Positions 58,782 through 64,000 of a stretch of 64,000 bases of DNA are shown here, piece after piece. Origin of the DNA: a virus (taxonomy: Duplodnaviria > Caudoviricetes). The stretch lies in the IMG/VR virus record IMGVR_UViG_3300021431_000090, positions 1-64,000 of that record; one strand, given 5' to 3'. Positions within the stretch are counted from its first letter, which is position 1; every line of letters begins with the position of its first letter. Under the pieces are notes generated by a model, which made no database searches, had not been told where the DNA came from, and worked only from the letters and a program-made list of their open reading frames with translations. The position numbers and the translations under genes were made by a program.

Positions 58782-59375
58782 TTAATTATTTGTTTCAGAG
58801 TCATACAGCTCTGTGAGATGTTTCATAATATCGTCGAAGTTTTCAAAATCTCCGTTTTCTGCCGTATACAGAATCATTCCATAAAGAAGCTGATTGATGC
58901 TAAAACTTCTTCTCCAGCCCTTTTCGTTGAGCTGTGTATTACGAATATCGAAATAATGGAAGAAGTCTTTTTTGTCTGCAATCCGTTTGATCTCTTCTAC
59001 AAGATGGTTGAGCACATCCTGAGTGTCGCCTTTCTCGTTATCGATGATATCTAGCAGTTTCTGTGCCATCCATTTCCACCCAAAGAGGCATCCTGTTTCG
59101 CACATCGACCCAATTGCACTCTGTTCTGGAGACATTACAACGAAGTCGCTGTTCCATAAGCGGTTGATATCTGCTTCCGTTATTTTCTCAGCGAGCTTGT
59201 TATTCTCTTCTTCCGTTACGGAATTCTTGTCATTGATTGATTTGTTCTGTACCGGGCTGTATACATTCACGTTCAACCCGAGCTCATTAAATTTGTCGTA
59301 TTCATACTGTCTGGCAAGATTTGAGCCGAAGCTCATAATATCCCCGCCAAGATATCCGAGAGGTTTTTTATCCAT
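58782..59375 (-). CDS. Nucleoside 2-deoxyribosyltransferase / N-glycosidase-like protein
   Basis: YLGG, YSP, D...L..SD, GSMCETG signature. Confidence 0.7.
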   Translation of the reverse strand: MDKKPLGYLGGDIMSFGSNLARQYEYDKFNELGLNVNVYSPVQNKSINDKNSVTEEENNKLAEKITEADINRLWNSDFVVMSPEQSAIGSMCETGCLFGWKWMAQKLLDIIDNEKGDTQDVLNHLVEEIKRIADKKDFFHYFDIRNTQLNEKGWRRSFSINQLLYGMILYTAENGDFENFDDIMKHLTELYDSETNN

Positions 59376-59568
59376 TAAGTTCCCTTTCAAATTCCGGCAT
59401 TGCATAATTCTGAAATTTTTCAGACTTTTTGCACTGTTCTTTTTGTTTTAGGCCACAGTATGGGCAGTAATCAAACAGCTGCTGCCCATAATCTGTGTCC
59501 CAGTATGCTTCGTGTCTGCAACGCGAGCATTCCCAAAACCCGTAATTCTTATCGTTAGTTCGCCACAT
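59368..59568 (-). CDS. Small Zn-ribbon protein
   Basis: CSRC...YCPYCG. Confidence 0.6.
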   Translation of the reverse strand: MWRTNDKNYGFWECSRCRHEAYWDTDYGQQLFDYCPYCGLKQKEQCKKSEKFQNYAMPEFERELNG

Positions 59569-60808
59569 CTTCTTTAAGGAGGAGATTTATTACGACGCCG
59601 CAAACAAGCGCAAGTGCTGTTCCACTCAGTGCAAATGTCGTTCCGCCTACAGCGATTCCGCTAATACCAATCGACAGAGGAATTGCTACGGTCAAAAGAT
59701 TTTTCTGATTGTTAAGATCGACATTTTTCAGCATCTTTACACCACTAATTGCGATATATGCGTAGAGGATAATCGAGCATCCACCGAACACGCAGCTCGG
59801 AATAGATGCGATAAATGCCTGAACTGGCGCAAGGAAAGCAAGCATCATTAGGAATAAAGCGGCGACGAACGTTACAATTGTCGATGCTACTTTAGAGAAT
59901 CCTACACATGCCACACCTTCTCCATAGCTGCAGATACCAAGTCCGCCAAATACAGAGCCAACAAGATTTGCTACACCTTCGCCGATGAAGATCTTGCCAA
60001 GACCAGGTTCTTTATATAGGTCTACACCAACGACTCCACTGAGTGCTGCATGGTCGCTCAAGCATTCACACATTGCGCTTACCGTATAAGCAATGTAAAC
60101 AACAATAATCGGTAAAATCGTTGCAAGCGGGACTATAGTCCAGTGTTTAATTGCAAGATCCGGCAACGCAAACAGCCTAAGGTTCTGGAATACACTGAAG
60201 TCAACTATCTGGCAAACACCTGTTACTGTAAGAAGTACTGCAACGGCATATCCAGCAAGCGTACCGATAAGGAACGGCAGTATCTTTGCGAGCCCTTTTG
60301 CATAGTGGCTAACAAGTGCCGTAATCAATGCAGTAAACAGCGCAATACCTACACCGTACATATTTGTTACGCCATTAATCTGAACGTATGTATTAATGAA
60401 TCCCATCAGAGAGATACCTATAACCATAGTGACCGCACCGATTAATGCCTTTGGAAATACTTTATAGATATTTTCAACCGGGATTCTTGTAAAGATTGTT
60501 CCGAAGATGCCGTATACAATACACGTTACAAGCCCGCCAACTGCAACTGCCGAGTAGCCTCCAGCCGCAAGTGCCATCATTACAGGTGCAACAAACGCAC
60601 CAGAATTAGACACGAACATTGGCGATTTAAATTTGGTAACTATGCAGTAAATAATCGTGGCAAGTCCAGCACCGAATAGTGCTCCGCTTACTGCAACACC
60701 ACATATATTTGCGATTAATACTGTTGCAACAAACACAGACAAAAGCATCTGTAATGAGTACAACAGGAGTTCGCCAATCGGCGGCTTATCGTCTATTTTG
60801 TAAATCAT
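59555..60808 (-). CDS. NCS2 uracil/xanthine permease family transporter
   Basis: Many TM segments, SNSGAFV, E...DH, SYGE, ASIP..V.GG. Confidence 0.9.
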   Translation of the reverse strand: MIYKIDDKPPIGELLLYSLQMLLSVFVATVLIANICGVAVSGALFGAGLATIIYCIVTKFKSPMFVSNSGAFVAPVMMALAAGGYSAVAVGGLVTCIVYGIFGTIFTRIPVENIYKVFPKALIGAVTMVIGISLMGFINTYVQINGVTNMYGVGIALFTALITALVSHYAKGLAKILPFLIGTLAGYAVAVLLTVTGVCQIVDFSVFQNLRLFALPDLAIKHWTIVPLATILPIIVVYIAYTVSAMCECLSDHAALSGVVGVDLYKEPGLGKIFIGEGVANLVGSVFGGLGICSYGEGVACVGFSKVASTIVTFVAALFLMMLAFLAPVQAFIASIPSCVFGGCSIILYAYIAISGVKMLKNVDLNNQKNLLTVAIPLSIGISGIAVGGTTFALSGTALALVCGVVINLLLKEDVAN

Positions 60809-60971
60809 AATTCTTCTCCTTCCCGGTCAGCATGTTCCACATATTCTCCCGATTTCTCTTTATAAATTGTCTGCGTTCAAATAAAAACCGCATTTTATTA
60901 TTGAGATAACCGAGAAACTGTATCTGCCTTGCTGCTTCTTCAGGTGTTAAAACTACTTCCTTTTCTTCCAA
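60786..60971 (-). CDS. Hypothetical protein
   Basis: RBS upstream; fills the operon. Confidence 0.45.
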   Translation of the reverse strand: MEEKEVVLTPEEAARQIQFLGYLNNKMRFLFERRQFIKRNRENMWNMLTGKEKNYDLQNRR

Positions 60972-60983
60972 TAATCACATCTC

Positions 60984-61463
60984 CTAACTTATACGCTCTC
61001 CATACTGGTTCGGAGAAGCGAGAAAGACACCAAGTACTTTATCGAAGTGCCTGTCATAATGTGGCAGGTACCGCCCATACTTCATCACTATATTCTCATA
61101 CTTCTGAAGTTCTGCTACCTGATCTTCTATCTCATCTTTACTATATCCTGTATAGATAACGATATCATCTTTACATTTGAACTTCTTTCGAAGTGACTTT
61201 GTAAATGCGAGGATTTCATCAAATGAATCCATTGGCTCAAGCCCGGCGAATACAATTGCGTGAGTGATGTCGTTTGACAGGTATCTGTTGATGATATCAT
61301 CGTTTTTCATCGTGATTGTTTTCTGAGTCGCGAGCGCACTATTTTGGCACCAGCGGCCACCGCTCTCTATATCACATTTAAATGAACATATGCTCGTTGC
61401 AATGTACATTGACGGTATCTTGTAGTTAATAAAATCCTCGTCAAGAATCCCCTTTAGATGCAT
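60984..61463 (-). CDS. nrdG: Anaerobic RNR activating enzyme (NrdG-like)
   Basis: CSFKC...CQN, GLEP, IVIYTGY, LASPNQY; near nrdD. Confidence 0.85.
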   Translation of the reverse strand: MHLKGILDEDFINYKIPSMYIATSICSFKCDIESGGRWCQNSALATQKTITMKNDDIINRYLSNDITHAIVFAGLEPMDSFDEILAFTKSLRKKFKCKDDIVIYTGYSKDEIEDQVAELQKYENIVMKYGRYLPHYDRHFDKVLGVFLASPNQYGERIS

Positions 61464-61750
61464 TCGTCACCGCTGTATCTTTCTTTTAAGTTCTTGACGT
61501 ACTCTTCGCCTAACGGAGTAAGTGAGAACAAAGCATCGCCTGGTATATATCCATCTTGCGCCTCTTTGATTGCGTCTCTTACTTCCTTGTAATCCAGTGT
61601 CGTAGAGACAGTTCTAATGTCGCCATCGTAATAAATCTTTGCTTCGATTTTCACTTCCAGAGCTGTCTCTGGGATTGCAAGTACTATGTACTCCTGGTCA
61701 AGCTCTATTTCTTCCCCTTGGTTCCATTCATTTGTATTCTGTTTGCCCAT
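61454..61750 (-). CDS. Hypothetical protein between nrdD and nrdG
   Basis: RBS GAGGTG. Confidence 0.55.
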   Translation of the reverse strand: MGKQNTNEWNQGEEIELDQEYIVLAIPETALEVKIEAKIYYDGDIRTVSTTLDYKEVRDAIKEAQDGYIPGDALFSLTPLGEEYVKNLKERYSGDECI

Positions 61751-61759
61751 ACACACCTC

Positions 61760-63685
61760 TTACTGCATAACACCATCATTCGACAAGACGTTCATCCAAC
61801 GTCGTTTGTCAAATTCTGTCTTGCGAATCTTCTGGTAGCTACTTGTTGGAGTGTAGAATCCGACTACGCGAGCGTAGGTGTCCGCTATTGGTTCTCCGCA
61901 TACTGGACACTTTGGCTCACCAATAAATGCATGCTTGTGTTTGCATACACTGATCTTGGTTGTAAATGCAAAGTAGATAACGCCGTGCGAAGCCACATAA
62001 TTCAGCATATCCCAAGCAGTCTCTTCATTGGAAAAACGATTTTCGATATTGATATGTGCGATACATCCTCCGCCACATTTCTTATCGAAGAGAGAGCCGA
62101 GTCTACACTTCTCCTGAATCGTACATTTCTCCATAAGAGGAATCCACTGGTTACTGTAGATGAAGTATTTGTTCTGTTCGAAGAGCAGGTTGTCTGCCTG
62201 GCAGATAACACCAGCACAGTTTTCTGCCGGAATCATCTCAATATTAAATGAGAAGTCGCAATCAAAGCTGTCTTTTACTTCGTTCATCACATCAAGGATT
62301 TCAGATGCGAAATCTACTGCATCATCGGAGTAGCTCTTGCATCCAAGCTCGTCTGTGTTGATTAGTCCAAACAGATCCATCACTTCGTACATACCAATTC
62401 CGCCAATTGTGCAGAACTGTTTGTCTAATTCTACAGCGCCATCCTGATAATTAGGCAAAAGCCCCTTTTCGATGTTGCGTTTTATGATATGTCGCATAGA
62501 TGTAAGGGCTTTGCAGTCAAGAAGAACTCTGTCGCGGAGGATTTTAATATATTTTTTCCTATTCAAACCACTCTCATATGCTATTCTCACGAGGTTTATT
62601 GTACTTACACGACAAGATCCTACAGAAAGCGCTGTGCCGCCGATCGAATTAATGAATGCGTCAAGCTTTTTAGTATCACTCAGCAGTCTACAGCAGTTGG
62701 AAAGCACACCAACATTATCACTGACAAAGAAATTCGAGTCAGACCACTTGATATTATGCGCAGAGCACCACCGCGCAAACGGTTCATCGACAAATTTGCT
62801 GTCCTGATAGAGCAAAGAATACGTCAAGACCGGGTAAGTAAACATATTTTGCTCTCTCGTTTCGCTTACAACGTCCATAAAAACCTTCTGACACTCAATC
62901 AGGTCTTCGATATGGTCGATTGCAAGCGTACCATCAGGGAAAACCGTGCCGCCGAACAGAGATTCGAGGTACGGCCTGTCAAAAACAGACACATTTGTGA
63001 ACGCGCTCTGGTCAATTCTGAGAAACGGTTGGTTCAGCCGGTAGATTAACTTCTGGAATTGCTGCCTCAGGTAGTAATCCGGGTCTTTCATGTAGTAACC
63101 TTCTTCTACATCCTTCTTCCAGAAGTACCACGCCCAAATTAATACGTTCGGCATACCAACGGCACCGCTCTGCCTATTGGAAAGGAAGCTTACAAACTCG
63201 ATTACGTCGTCAAAGTATGTAGTAAGGTGTTTTGGCGGCTGATTATTATAGTTATCAAGGAAGAAAAGTCCCTCTGTTGCCAGTCTTGTAAAGTCATTCG
63301 CCCAACAGTACGGGAAATAGCTTGCCGTTGTGCTGTCGTTTAGGTAAAATGCGCGGCTGAATTCCGCTTCGAGCCATTGCTTTGCGGTTCTGAGGCCCCA
63401 CATCTTTTTGATCTCTGTAAAGATCTTGTTCAGACCAAATAATTTATCTTCGGCCTTGCCTTTTTCTGTCATAAAACTTCGGATGTCTTTATGATTCGCA
63501 TTCGCGTTCGGGTCGATACTGGAATCCGCCACCGTGTCTTTGTCTACGAAGTTATCTATAAATTCAGAGAAGTCAAGCTGGCTCGGATGAAGGCCGTTGA
63601 TGTACTCAAAATCTTCTCCGTACTTCTTTTTTAACTCTTCAAGGCACCTCTCAAAATCTCTGGAAAGTTTCAGTTGTATATCCAT
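61760..63685 (-). CDS. nrdD: Class III anaerobic ribonucleoside-triphosphate reductase
   Basis: PYC, FTYPV, SNCCRL, PAEN, CPVCG, glycyl-radical RVVGF. Confidence 0.95.
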   Translation of the reverse strand: MDIQLKLSRDFERCLEELKKKYGEDFEYINGLHPSQLDFSEFIDNFVDKDTVADSSIDPNANANHKDIRSFMTEKGKAEDKLFGLNKIFTEIKKMWGLRTAKQWLEAEFSRAFYLNDSTTASYFPYCWANDFTRLATEGLFFLDNYNNQPPKHLTTYFDDVIEFVSFLSNRQSGAVGMPNVLIWAWYFWKKDVEEGYYMKDPDYYLRQQFQKLIYRLNQPFLRIDQSAFTNVSVFDRPYLESLFGGTVFPDGTLAIDHIEDLIECQKVFMDVVSETREQNMFTYPVLTYSLLYQDSKFVDEPFARWCSAHNIKWSDSNFFVSDNVGVLSNCCRLLSDTKKLDAFINSIGGTALSVGSCRVSTINLVRIAYESGLNRKKYIKILRDRVLLDCKALTSMRHIIKRNIEKGLLPNYQDGAVELDKQFCTIGGIGMYEVMDLFGLINTDELGCKSYSDDAVDFASEILDVMNEVKDSFDCDFSFNIEMIPAENCAGVICQADNLLFEQNKYFIYSNQWIPLMEKCTIQEKCRLGSLFDKKCGGGCIAHINIENRFSNEETAWDMLNYVASHGVIYFAFTTKISVCKHKHAFIGEPKCPVCGEPIADTYARVVGFYTPTSSYQKIRKTEFDKRRWMNVLSNDGVMQ

Positions 63686-63700
63686 ATTAAATTACCGACC

Positions 63701-63904
63701 TCACTGTTCATTAGCCCATTTTATTGCGTCAACAAAACCCAGAAGCTTATCGCCAACCTTCAGAGCTGGCGCTGATACCATTCCAAGCTTCAGCATCTCA
63801 TCTACGTCGTAATTAATAATGAAGTCGATGCCCTTCTCTTTCAATCTCCCCTCTAGCACTGCGCATTTTGGACAGTTCGTAGAGTACATTACAATATCAT
63901 CCAT
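63701..63904 (-). CDS. Glutaredoxin / NrdH-like redoxin
   Basis: YSTNCPKC, SAP motif. Confidence 0.85.
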   Translation of the reverse strand: MDDIVMYSTNCPKCAVLEGRLKEKGIDFIINYDVDEMLKLGMVSAPALKVGDKLLGFVDAIKWANEQ

Positions 63905-64000
63905 CAACATCACTCCTTGTCAAAAATATCGAAATCAAAATTCATTCTTTTATCACTACCGGCGATCTTTTGAATTTCGTTATATATTTCAAACCAGCTT

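Overview
This window is 64 kb of a large temperate, SPbeta-like siphophage genome from a Firmicutes host, probably Clostridia. An intact tRNA-Pro(CGG)-type attP lies next to the integrase with phage genes on both sides, so it appears to be the excised or virion form. Left to right: (i) a compositionally odd, GTCGG-rich region with an HTH gene and divergent sigma-A promoters; (ii) a transcription module of a helicase-like ATPase, a YonO-like two-barrel RNA polymerase that probably starts at ATA, and a Zn-finger protein, bracketed by a 20-bp inverted site; (iii) the late operon: metallophosphoesterase, tyrosine recombinase, HU, terminase, portal, protease/scaffold, capsid, connectors, tail tube, tape measure, Dit, a 2492-aa tail protein and baseplate/fibre genes; (iv) a receptor-binding locus holding a DGR target, hairpin and avd but no TR or RT in the window, punctuated by three related recombination-like sites and ending at a second tyrosine recombinase, with a 640-bp cassette (structured RNA leader, 31-aa membrane peptide, RHH regulator) between two of the sites; (v) lysis genes and a proteasome-beta-like gene; (vi) attP, integrase and excisionase; (vii) minus-strand genes including a nucleotide-scavenging cluster (dUTPase, BMP lipoprotein, nucleoside deoxyribosyltransferase-like, NCS2 permease, NrdDG, glutaredoxin). 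The best candidate for a new system is the recombinase-driven cassette array coupled to an RT-less DGR at the tail-fibre locus. All calls come from motif recognition by eye; no database searches were run.
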